A program made the translations under genes and the position numbers. From Actinomycetota bacterium (GTDB lineage Bacteria; Actinomycetota; Humimicrobiia; Humimicrobiales; Humimicrobiaceae): a DNA stretch of 40,330 nucleotides. This document shows positions 18,462 to 26,285 of the stretch, piece by piece; positions within the stretch are counted from its first letter, which is position 1, and every line of letters begins with the position of its first letter. Under the pieces are notes generated by a model. It saw only the letters and a list, made by a program, of their open reading frames with translations, was not told where the DNA came from and made no database searches. The DNA is taken from NCBI GenBank assembly GCA_018400395.1, contig JAGYMN010000002.1:1-40330 (forward strand), written 5' to 3'.

Positions 18462-18831
18462 TTTTTTCTACATGGTCCATCTCGCCGGTTATCCGGTTTC
18501 TTTCATCCACAAAGACTATTCGTGGTTTAAACGCCTCTGCTTTATTTTCGTCAATTAGCGTAAAAGACATTATAATCACCTTATCACCCGCTGTCACCTT
18601 CCTTGCAGCAGCACCGTTCAGGCATATTTCTCCGCTTCCATATTTGCCTTTTATTACGTAAGTCTCAAGCCTTTCACCATTTTCGATATCTACTACAAGA
18701 ACCTTCTCATAGGGTAGTATTTTAGCGTGTTCAATAAGCTCCCCATCTATGGTTATGCTTCCCTCATAATGTATGTTTGCTCCCGTAACTGTGGCTCTGT
18801 GGATCTTACTCTTTAATATATATAAAAACAA
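18448..18831 (-). CDS. panD: aspartate 1-decarboxylase
   Basis: 127 aa. LKSKIHRATVTGANIHYEGSITID contains the self-processing G-S site and the canonical PanD N-terminus. Confidence 0.9.
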   Translation of the reverse strand: MFLYILKSKIHRATVTGANIHYEGSITIDGELIEHAKILPYEKVLVVDIENGERLETYVIKGKYGSGEICLNGAAARKVTAGDKVIIMSFTLIDENKAEAFKPRIVFVDERNRITGEMDHVEKNDEC

Positions 18832-18861
18832 GCCGTAACCCCTTTCCTATTTAAACTAAAA

Positions 18862-19737
18862 TTAGATATCTATCTGCCGCTGCTTTCCTTTTTCTATTAC
18901 TATATTGTCTATTAACCTTGTATTTCCAATCCATACAGCAGTAGCTACCAGGATATCTTTGCTCCCCTTATCCCTGATTTCTTCAAGGGTCTCTGCGTCC
19001 CTTATGTCAAAGTAGTCTATTCTTTTTATATATTTGCTTCCCCGCAGGTTTTTTATTGCTTTTCTTCTTAATTTATCCAAATCGCTGTTTTCCGATACAA
19101 TGCCGCTGCCCACAATCTTTAGACTTTCATATATTATCCCTGCATTATGCCTTTCTTCATTATCAAGATACCTGTTTCTGGAGCTTATCGCCAGCCCGTC
19201 TTTCTCCCTTATAGTCGGGCAGCCTATTATCTCCATATCAATGTTCAGGTCAGATACCATCTTTTTTATAATAACAAGCTGCTGGTAATCCTTCCTGCCA
19301 AAAAATGCCTTCTGCGCAGTTATTATATTAAAGAGCTTCAGTACTATTGTTGCAACTCCTCTAAAATGCCCCGGCCTGAACCTGCCGCACATTATTTTGG
19401 ATAGCCCCTCTATTTCTACATATGTGCTGTGCCGGTCCCGGTACATCTCTTCGGCCGCAGGCCTGAAAATATAATCTACACCACCCTCTTCAGAAAGCTT
19501 CTCGTCCCTGCGGGAGTCCCTGGGATATTTTTTAAAATCTTCATTCGGTCCGAACTGTGAAGGATTAACAAAAATAGATACAATTACCCTTTCGCACTCC
19601 TTTTTTGCCAGCCGGATAAGGCTCATGTGCCCTTCATGCAGGTATCCCATTGTCGGCACAAGCCCGATTGAAACACCTTTTTTTATCAGGGCGCCTGCCT
19701 CTTCGCGGCAGTCATCTATTTTATTAATTATTTTCAT
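18862..19737 (-). CDS. panC: pantoate--beta-alanine ligase
   Basis: 291 aa. VPTMGYLHEGHMSL (HIGH-type motif) and the downstream FGRKDYQQ are typical of PanC. Confidence 0.9.
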   Translation of the reverse strand: MKIINKIDDCREEAGALIKKGVSIGLVPTMGYLHEGHMSLIRLAKKECERVIVSIFVNPSQFGPNEDFKKYPRDSRRDEKLSEEGGVDYIFRPAAEEMYRDRHSTYVEIEGLSKIMCGRFRPGHFRGVATIVLKLFNIITAQKAFFGRKDYQQLVIIKKMVSDLNIDMEIIGCPTIREKDGLAISSRNRYLDNEERHNAGIIYESLKIVGSGIVSENSDLDKLRRKAIKNLRGSKYIKRIDYFDIRDAETLEEIRDKGSKDILVATAVWIGNTRLIDNIVIEKGKQRQIDI

Positions 19738-19769
19738 TATCAGCTATTATTAAATATTTAATCTTCTTG

Positions 19770-20714
19770 TCACTTCCCTGTTAAAATATCCTGCATCTTC
19801 TGGTAAGTTTCCCCGTCTATCCAGCCGTTCTCTCTGGCAATAAATGCTGTCCTAAGCCCCATAATCCTGTATATCTGGACATCTTTATCCGACATAATAT
19901 TTTTTAATAACCTCAGATGCTCTTCTAAAGTACGGTTATCGCCCCTTGCTATTGGACCTGTCAGGGATTTTTTTGTTCCAAGATTTTTTATGTTTTTTAT
20001 AGTTCCTTCAGCAAGTTTTGTAAGGCCTTTTATTGCATCTTCACTTCTTATTCCAATTTTTTCATTCATATAAACCGCACAATCCATAAGCGTCACGATA
20101 TAATTTGACGCCATGCATGCTGCTGCATGGTAAACAGGCTTTTTGTCGTCATCAATAAAAATACTTTCTCCTTTTAAGGCCCCTACAAGGATCCCTGTTG
20201 CTTCCCTGCCTTCCCTGTCTGTATAGGTTACCCCGTACTCTGTGTTCTCTATTGTTTCTATGGCCTGCTGTGTAGAAGCAAAGGATTTCAGGGGATGCAT
20301 CGACGCAATATGGTCACCTATTTTTGCCGCAACCTCTATTTCTTTAAGTGATTTTGCCCCGCTGAAGTGTATTACCACCCTTTCTTTCTTATGGTTTTTA
20401 ATGCTTTTATATATTGTTTCACAGGTTTTAGATATTAAATCATCTGGTGTACAAATAAAAATACAGTTTGCTTCTCTTACGGCTTCATTATTATTAAGTG
20501 TAAAAAGTATGCCCCTTCCATGCCTCCCCATAACTTCTTTTACTTTGCTTAAAGTACTATCTGTTCTTGCGGTTATTGCTGCTATTTTTATGTTATTAAT
20601 TTTTTTTGAAGCGATATAAAACCCCAGAGCGGTTCCCAGCCGTCCAGCTCCAATTATAGCTATATTAAGATTCCTCTTCACTTTAAGATCTTTCCTGGCA
20701 GGGAGATTATTCAA
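19770..20714 (-). CDS. Rossmann-fold NAD(P)-binding / DUF2520-domain oxidoreductase (candidate ketopantoate reductase substitute)
   Basis: 314 aa. The N-terminus has IAIIGAGRLGTALG (GxGxxG), and the C-terminal half resembles DUF2520. It sits immediately upstream of panC-panD. Confidence 0.65.
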   Translation of the reverse strand: MNNLPARKDLKVKRNLNIAIIGAGRLGTALGFYIASKKINNIKIAAITARTDSTLSKVKEVMGRHGRGILFTLNNNEAVREANCIFICTPDDLISKTCETIYKSIKNHKKERVVIHFSGAKSLKEIEVAAKIGDHIASMHPLKSFASTQQAIETIENTEYGVTYTDREGREATGILVGALKGESIFIDDDKKPVYHAAACMASNYIVTLMDCAVYMNEKIGIRSEDAIKGLTKLAEGTIKNIKNLGTKKSLTGPIARGDNRTLEEHLRLLKNIMSDKDVQIYRIMGLRTAFIARENGWIDGETYQKMQDILTGK

Positions 20715-20717
20715 ATG

Positions 20718-21827
20718 TCATGATATCCTTATTGGCATGAGAAGGTATGTGGAGTTCTCGTCCCCTTCCGGTTTAATCAGCATTGGTTTAAGAGGGTCTT
20801 CAATAGACAGTATTATATTCTTGCTATCCATCATTGTTATTCCATCCATCAAATAGTAAGGATTAAATGCTGTTTCGAGCCTTTCCTCCCCGTATGCGAC
20901 TTCAAAGCTTTCGTTTGAGCTCCCAATCTCTTTTATATCCATTGCAGCTGTCATTTTCCCTTTATCAATTACTATCCTTACGGGTATATTGTCCTGAGAT
21001 ATTGAAGAGATCCGCCTTACTACGTCAAGCATTTTTTCTTTCTCTATCAATATATTATGCTTTACTTTTTCAGGTATTAGTTTTTTATATTCCGGATATT
21101 TACCGGAAAGAAGTCTGGATATTATGACATTTTTTGCCTCACCGTTTTCTTTTAAATAAAAAATAACCTGTTTTTCTTCAAGCATGATTTCCAGGCTCTT
21201 GTTTTTAAAGCCATCTTTGGTTATCCCCTCAAGGACCCTGGAAGGCACAACTATTCTTATTTCATCAAGCCTGTTTTCTAAATCTTTTCTTACAAGAGCC
21301 AGCCTGTAGCTGTCTGTTGCTACAAGTGTCAGCTTATTATCTACTATTTCCATAAGCATGCCTGTCAGGATAGCCCTGCTCTCGTCCTGTGATACTGCCC
21401 TCTGTACTTTTAGGACAATACCGGCAAATTCTTCTAAATCAATCTTTATTGGTTTCTGTTCTTTTATTTCAGGAAACGACGGAAAATCCTCCAGCGAGAG
21501 TGTGTTCAGGCTAAAAAAAGCATTGTCCCCTGTTATCTGAAGCTGGTTTGTTTCTTTATTTAGTTCTATTTTTATTTTTGTTTCTTTCAGGCTTTTAAGG
21601 ATGTTTATTAATATCTTTGCCGGTACCACAGCCTTTCCTGTTTCTTCTATCTTTGCATCCATAGAGCTTTTAATGCTTGTTTCAAGATCTGTGCTAAAAA
21701 CTGTTAATTTTTCTTCTGCCTCTAAAAGCAGGCCGTTCAGGATAAAAGTAGAGGTTCTGGGATTTATTGCCCTGCTTGAAAAGGACACCAGGTCTAAAAG
21801 TTCCCCTCGTGTTGTTTGGAGTTTCAT
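20718..21827 (-). CDS. dnaN: DNA polymerase III beta sliding clamp
   Basis: 369 aa with the typical DnaN start MKL...R.ELLD.L and end ...YLLMPIRI. It lies directly downstream of dnaA. Confidence 0.9.
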   Translation of the reverse strand: MKLQTTRGELLDLVSFSSRAINPRTSTFILNGLLLEAEEKLTVFSTDLETSIKSSMDAKIEETGKAVVPAKILINILKSLKETKIKIELNKETNQLQITGDNAFFSLNTLSLEDFPSFPEIKEQKPIKIDLEEFAGIVLKVQRAVSQDESRAILTGMLMEIVDNKLTLVATDSYRLALVRKDLENRLDEIRIVVPSRVLEGITKDGFKNKSLEIMLEEKQVIFYLKENGEAKNVIISRLLSGKYPEYKKLIPEKVKHNILIEKEKMLDVVRRISSISQDNIPVRIVIDKGKMTAAMDIKEIGSSNESFEVAYGEERLETAFNPYYLMDGITMMDSKNIILSIEDPLKPMLIKPEGDENSTYLLMPIRIS

Positions 21828-22125
21828 CTGTACCTCTTTTTAAAAGTATTCAATAAAATATAGAACTTATTCTATTATATATAATGTTTTATTTAAATAG
21901 TTAGTAGTAATCATAACGCTGTTTAAAGTGTTTAAAACCCATAAAATACCACACCATTATAATAAGAGGTTGTTGATAAGCAAAACAAACGCTGTTTATA
22001 AAAACAGCAAGATTAAACAATTTAGAAAAAACAAAAATAAAACCATATTTATAAACAGCCCCTGACAAAAAATGTTAGTGAAAAAACAATGATATAAACA
22101 GGGTTTTAAACAGGCAACACGGGAC
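21828..22125 (-). other. dnaA-dnaN spacer: candidate oriC module with repeated box-like motifs and an AT-rich unwinding region
   Basis: One TTATCAACA 9-mer reads as TGTTGATAA at 21971-21979. At least six copies of a TAAACAG-core motif occur in both orientations (see findings). A nearly pure A/T stretch at 21841-21900 adjoins the dnaN start. Confidence 0.6.
21971..21979 (-). promoter_or_regulatory. DnaA-box-like 9-mer TTATCAACA (1 mismatch to TTATCCACA)
   Basis: Read directly as TGTTGATAA on the plus strand. Confidence 0.4.
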
Positions 22126-23484
22126 TCACAGGTTTTTTTTGATTTTATTTGTGATCTCCTGTATCTGCATATAGACTTCCCTGTCTTTTGTGATAAGATC
22201 TGCTATTTTTGAAACTGCATATATAACAGTTGTATGGTCCCTGCCGCCGATAGCCCTTCCTATTTGTGGAAGCGAGCTGCTTGTAAGCTCACGGGCAAGA
22301 AACATCGAAAGCTGCCGGGCATGGGAAATAAATTTGTTTCTTTTTGAGCTTAAAATATCATTTACGGGGATAGAAAAAAATCTTGATACTTCTTTAATTA
22401 TGTTTTGTATGCTGATTTTTTGCTCCCTATCATCAAACAAAACATCTTTTAATGTGTTTTTTGCCATATCAAGATCCGGTTTAGAGTCCGTAAGCGATGA
22501 GAAAGCAACCACCCTAGTAAGGGCACCTTCAAGCTCTCTTATGTTTGAAGTGATCTTCTCTGCTATAAGCCCGAGTATATCATCGGAAACCCCCATCCTC
22601 TCTCTTTCAGAGTATTTTTTAAGTATTGCCATCCTTGTTTCAAGGTCCGGCGGCTTGATGTCGGTAACAAGACCCCATTCAAACCTTGACCTGAGCCTCT
22701 CTTCCAGTGTAGTTATGCTTCTGGGCGGACGGTCGCTGGAAAGCACGATCTGCCGGTTGGTATCATGAAGTGTGTTAAAAGTATGAAAGAATTCCTCCTG
22801 GCTTGCCTCTTTCTCCTCCAGGAATTGAATATCGTCTACAAGCAGTATGTCATTATTTCTATAACTTTCTTTAAAAGCTATTATGTTCTTGTAGCGAAGC
22901 GCATTTATGAAGTCGTTTAAAAACTTTTCAGCAGAGACATATTTTACGGTGAGTTCCGGGAATAGCTGCCTGGTGTATTGTCCTATCGCGTGTAGCAGAT
23001 GGGTCTTACCCAGGCCGACTCCGCCGTAAATAAATAATGGATTATATGTCTTTCCGGGATTTTCACTTACAGCAAGGGCCGCGGTACAGGCGAAGCGGTT
23101 TCCGCTACCGACCACGAAGGTGTCGAAACTGTATTTTGTGTTGAATGCGGAAACATCAGGGGAACGGGTGTTTTTTGTTGCAAACTCGTCAGGATATTCT
23201 GGCTCTGAAGAATTCAGGGGGCCGTATGAATCACTGGGGCTTGTAATAATATTAACCGAAAAACTGCCGTCCGTGAATTTTCTGGTGGAATTGTTTAAAA
23301 GGCTGAGATATCTGGACTCAAGCCACTCCTTTGCAAAATCACTATTGACAGAAACGGTAAGGGTGTTTTTTTTTAAATCAATAGGGACAATGGCTTCAAA
23401 CCATGTTTTATAAGTTGGCAGGTTAATGTTGTTTTTAATATCTGAAAGGATATTTTTCCAGACGTTGTTTACCTCTCCATCCAT
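22126..23484 (-). CDS. dnaA: chromosomal replication initiator protein DnaA
   Basis: Walker A GGVGLGKTHLLHAIG, Walker B ILLVDDIQFL, sensor and box VII motifs, and the C-terminal DNA-binding helix GGRDHTTVIYA. The ATG at 23484 gives MDGEVNNVWKNIL. The ORF is open to a TTG at 23493. Confidence 0.95.
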   Translation of the reverse strand: MDGEVNNVWKNILSDIKNNINLPTYKTWFEAIVPIDLKKNTLTVSVNSDFAKEWLESRYLSLLNNSTRKFTDGSFSVNIITSPSDSYGPLNSSEPEYPDEFATKNTRSPDVSAFNTKYSFDTFVVGSGNRFACTAALAVSENPGKTYNPLFIYGGVGLGKTHLLHAIGQYTRQLFPELTVKYVSAEKFLNDFINALRYKNIIAFKESYRNNDILLVDDIQFLEEKEASQEEFFHTFNTLHDTNRQIVLSSDRPPRSITTLEERLRSRFEWGLVTDIKPPDLETRMAILKKYSERERMGVSDDILGLIAEKITSNIRELEGALTRVVAFSSLTDSKPDLDMAKNTLKDVLFDDREQKISIQNIIKEVSRFFSIPVNDILSSKRNKFISHARQLSMFLARELTSSSLPQIGRAIGGRDHTTVIYAVSKIADLITKDREVYMQIQEITNKIKKNL

Positions 23485-23495
23485 ATAAGACAATA

Positions 23496-24335
23496 TTAAA
23501 GATTATTTGAATAATATTCAAGATATTTTAGGCCTTTTTTGGACAATTTTCTTTTACCTGTGCCGTCCGGGTAAAGGAGTTTGTTCTTCTCAAGAAAAAC
23601 AAGTTCACGGTATGAAGTGGATAAGCTGAAGCCGAGCTCCTCTGCTATTGTAGAGGGGCCAGCTTTTTCAAGCTCCAATATTAGAAATAATATTTTTTTC
23701 TGTCTTTTCGTAAGTATGTTTCTATGCAGGTCATCAAAAACACTTTCAGGTGCTTTTGATTCTACTTCATCAGTATCCCGTTTTTGCTCACCAGAATTAT
23801 GTGGAGGGGATTTTGCAGAGGGATCCCTGCCGGGATCTAATTTTAAGGATATTACAGTCCCCTTTTTTATATTATCAGAGATATCTATGGTCCCGCCAGA
23901 GAAAGTTATTGTTTCTTTTACAATAGGAAGTCCTGACCCTACCCCGCGGATATATTTTTTCATACTGGATGTAGCGGAGGTGTAGCCCGGAAGAAAAGCT
24001 TTCTCAATATCACCGATTCCGGGTCCCTGATCCGATACAAGTATGTGATTACCTTCGGACATTATTGTTATTACTATTTCCCTGAAGTCAGCATGTATAA
24101 GGTTTTCAATGACCTCCCTTATAATAGTATAAGGGATTTTACCCCCCATATCGTGTGAGTATGAATAAACCTTTTGTGAAGTATCGTTTATCAGGTCCCC
24201 TATGTTAACATATGAATTTCCGATAACCCTTGGAATGCTCTGCATATTGTCGTATAGCGCTATGTTTACACTGATGGATAAATTGCCGCCTTCTTCATTG
24301 CGGCCCGAATTTTCGCCGAAGGAGTTGCTGTCCAT
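23496..24335 (-). CDS. GHKL (histidine-kinase/anti-sigma-like) ATPase domain fused to a C-terminal winged-helix HTH
   Basis: About 279 aa from the ATG at 24335 (GGTGG 8 nt upstream). N box EVIENLIHA, G1 box DQGPGI, G2 box GVGSGLPIV. An acidic/basic linker follows, then LTKRQKKILFLILELEKAGPSTIAEELGFSLSTSYRELVFLEKNKLL (MarR/TrmB-like wHTH). The stop codon is 11 nt from the dnaA ATG. Confidence 0.7.
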   Translation of the reverse strand: MDSNSFGENSGRNEEGGNLSISVNIALYDNMQSIPRVIGNSYVNIGDLINDTSQKVYSYSHDMGGKIPYTIIREVIENLIHADFREIVITIMSEGNHILVSDQGPGIGDIEKAFLPGYTSATSSMKKYIRGVGSGLPIVKETITFSGGTIDISDNIKKGTVISLKLDPGRDPSAKSPPHNSGEQKRDTDEVESKAPESVFDDLHRNILTKRQKKILFLILELEKAGPSTIAEELGFSLSTSYRELVFLEKNKLLYPDGTGKRKLSKKGLKYLEYYSNNL

Positions 24336-24429
24336 AGATATTACCACCAATATTAAATATAATTATTTAATATAGACTAAAAGTATTTGTAGTATTATTG
24401 GTTTTTTCATGTTTCCTGTGTTCAAAAAG

Positions 24430-24438
24430 TTATCAACA
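24430..24438 (+). promoter_or_regulatory. DnaA-box-like 9-mer TTATCAACA
   Basis: Read directly; 1 mismatch to TTATCCACA. Confidence 0.4.
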
Positions 24439-24551
24439 GACAAATGATAATATTTTAATGTTAAAAAAGCTACTATTTTATGCAGGAAGGTAATTATTTT
24501 AACATCGTATTGGAATATTAAATGGTGGGGTTTTTTATGTTATTAACATAT

Positions 24552-24571
24552 TTTTCCACAATTGTGGAAAA
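24552..24571. promoter_or_regulatory. inverted pair of DnaA-box-like 9-mers (TTTTCCACA-AT-TGTGGAAAA)
   Basis: Perfect 20-bp palindrome. Each arm fits the relaxed DnaA box TTWTNCACA. Confidence 0.55.
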
Positions 24572-24703
24572 CTTGTTTGAAAAATATGATAAATACTGAA
24601 AAGTTCCACCATAACTAAAAATTGACCAAAATCACCTTTTCAAATAACATAATTTTCTGGAACAGATGTTTGATTTACTCTTTATAACAAGTCTTTGATG
24701 TCC

Positions 24704-24732
24704 TTGATATATATGAAATTAGATTGTATAAT
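24704..24732 (+). promoter_or_regulatory. sigma70-type promoter for rpmH operon (TTGATA-17 nt-TATAAT)
   Basis: TTGATA at 24704-24709 and TATAAT at 24727-24732, with an exact 17-nt spacer, about 50 nt upstream of the rpmH ATG. Confidence 0.5.
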
Positions 24733-24783
24733 CAACTACTTAACGAAATCAATGGATAAATTAGAGATAGAGGGCTGTTTTTA

Positions 24784-24918
24784 ATGAAAAGGACTTATCA
24801 ACCCAATGTAAGAAAAAGAAAAAAAAATCACGGCTTTCGGGCAAGAATGAAAACAAAGGCCGGAAGAAACATAATAGCTAACAGGAGAAGAAAGAATAGA
24901 AAATCACTTACTGCATAG
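24784..24918 (+). CDS. rpmH: 50S ribosomal protein L34
   Basis: Not in the ORF track because it is only 44 aa. Manual translation gives [44 protein letters not shown], the canonical L34 sequence. Confidence 0.95.
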   Translation: MKRTYQPNVRKRKKNHGFRARMKTKAGRNIIANRRRKNRKSLTA

Positions 24919-24940
24919 GTGCACAGGAGGAAAAAAATAC

Positions 24941-25273
24941 ATTAGACTGGAAACCATAAAAGATAAAAGAGTTTTTGAAAATTTGAGGCAGAATGGAAAT
25001 GTATTAAGAAACAGGCTTTTAGTAATATATATACTTAATGGATGTAAAGACAGCAGTGTCATAAAAGCAGGTTTTGGGATAAGTAAAAAAATAGGCAGGG
25101 CCTTTCAAAGAAATAAAATAAGAAGAATATTAAAAGAAGTATTAAGAAATGTATTAATACCCTATGGAATAGAAATATACCTGGTAGCAAGAAGAAAAAT
25201 AGTAAAAGCAGACTACCATGAAATAAAAGAAGAATTAGAAAAAAGTCTTAGTAGTTTTTTTGCCGGTAAGTGA
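24941..25273 (+). CDS. rnpA: ribonuclease P protein component (probable non-canonical ATT start; first canonical start is TTG at 24983)
   Basis: [23 protein letters not shown] is the RNR motif region of RnpA. The conserved N-terminal RL....K.VFENL segment is encoded in frame upstream of the first ATG/GTG/TTG. AGGAGG at 24925-24930 precedes an in-frame ATT at 24941. Confidence 0.8.
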   Translation: MRLETIKDKRVFENLRQNGNVLRNRLLVIYILNGCKDSSVIKAGFGISKKIGRAFQRNKIRRILKEVLRNVLIPYGIEIYLVARRKIVKADYHEIKEELEKSLSSFFAGK

Positions 25274-25298
25274 ATGTGACGATTTAAAAACTATTGTC

Positions 25299-25508
25299 TT
25301 GAAGAAAGTAATAATATTTTTAATAAAATTATATAAACGATTTATATCGCCTCTGTTGCCTAACAGCTGCAGGTTTTATCCGACATGCTCCCAGTATGCT
25401 ATTGATTCTATAAAAAAGTACGGTGTGTTTAAGGGTGGGGTTAAAGCAGCTTACAGAATAATCAGATGCAACCCTTTTAATAGGGGCGGATATGATCCTG
25501 TAAAATAA
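25299..25508 (+). CDS. yidD: membrane protein insertion efficiency factor YidD
   Basis: [31 protein letters not shown]...[13 protein letters not shown] is the canonical YidD signature. The TTG at 25299 gives [12 protein letters not shown]. The ORF is open to 25260. Confidence 0.85.
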   Translation: MKKVIIFLIKLYKRFISPLLPNSCRFYPTCSQYAIDSIKKYGVFKGGVKAAYRIIRCNPFNRGGYDPVK

Positions 25509-25526
25509 TAAAGGAAGGATAATATT

Positions 25527-26270
25527 TTGAGTCAGATTCTTCAGCTTCTTCAACCCATACAGAATGTCCTTGAATATATAATAGTATTTCTTTACAGGAA
25601 TGTTGTGGGAAATTATGGAGTTGTGATAATACTGCTTACCATTATAGTAAGATTAATACTGACCCCGCTTACAATTACCCAGACTAAGTCAATGGCAAGG
25701 ATGCAGAAAATGCAGCCCCAGCTTAAGGAGCTTCAGAAGAAATACAAGGATGACAAGCAGAAGCTGCAGCAGGAGACGATGGAATTCTACAGAAAGAATA
25801 ATGTAAATCCTCTTGCAGGCTGTCTCCCGCTGCTTCTGCAGATGCCTGTGTTCTTTGCACTTTTCCAGACCCTGAGAAGTCCCACAGAGAGAGTAACAGA
25901 CGTGGTAAAAGATTTTAATTTCCTCTGGATGAATCTTAATGAAAGGGACCCTTATTACATACTTGTGATTCTAATGGTAGTCACAATGTTTTTGTCTACC
26001 TTGCTGACTTCCACGGATCCAAAACAATCAAAGATAATGTTTGTACTGCCAATCGTATTCGGTTTTATATCATGGCAGTTCCCTGCAGGAATTCTGGTTT
26101 ACTGGGTAACAACAAACATATGGTCGATAGGCCAGCAGTATCTGGTTAATAAGCTAGTAAAAAGGGGAGATTTAGGAGAAAAGGAAGTCAGGGAAATAAA
26201 GGAGGAGCTGGGCCAGGAGGAATTGACAGCCATTGCAAGAAAAAAGAAAAAGAGGAGAAAGAAAAAGTAG
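25527..26270 (+). CDS. yidC: membrane protein insertase YidC (short, Oxa1/SpoIIIJ type)
   Basis: 247 aa. ILLTIIVRLILTPLTITQTKSMARMQKMQPQLKELQKKY, NPLAGCLPLLLQMPVFFALF and a Lys/Arg-rich C-terminal tail. TTG start with AAGGAAGG upstream. Confidence 0.9.
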   Translation: MSQILQLLQPIQNVLEYIIVFLYRNVVGNYGVVIILLTIIVRLILTPLTITQTKSMARMQKMQPQLKELQKKYKDDKQKLQQETMEFYRKNNVNPLAGCLPLLLQMPVFFALFQTLRSPTERVTDVVKDFNFLWMNLNERDPYYILVILMVVTMFLSTLLTSTDPKQSKIMFVLPIVFGFISWQFPAGILVYWVTTNIWSIGQQYLVNKLVKRGDLGEKEVREIKEELGQEELTAIARKKKKRRKKK

Positions 26271-26285
26271 AGACTGGAGGTTAGC

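Larger units (their letters stand above)
24351..24703. other. candidate oriC module upstream of the dnaA operon (DnaA-box cluster at the strand-orientation switch)
   Basis: AT-rich 430-bp divergent intergenic region between the rpmH and dnaA-side operons. It contains TTATCAACA (24430-24438), the palindrome TTTTCCACAATTGTGGAAAA (24552-24571) and AGTTCCACC (24602-24610). Confidence 0.6.
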
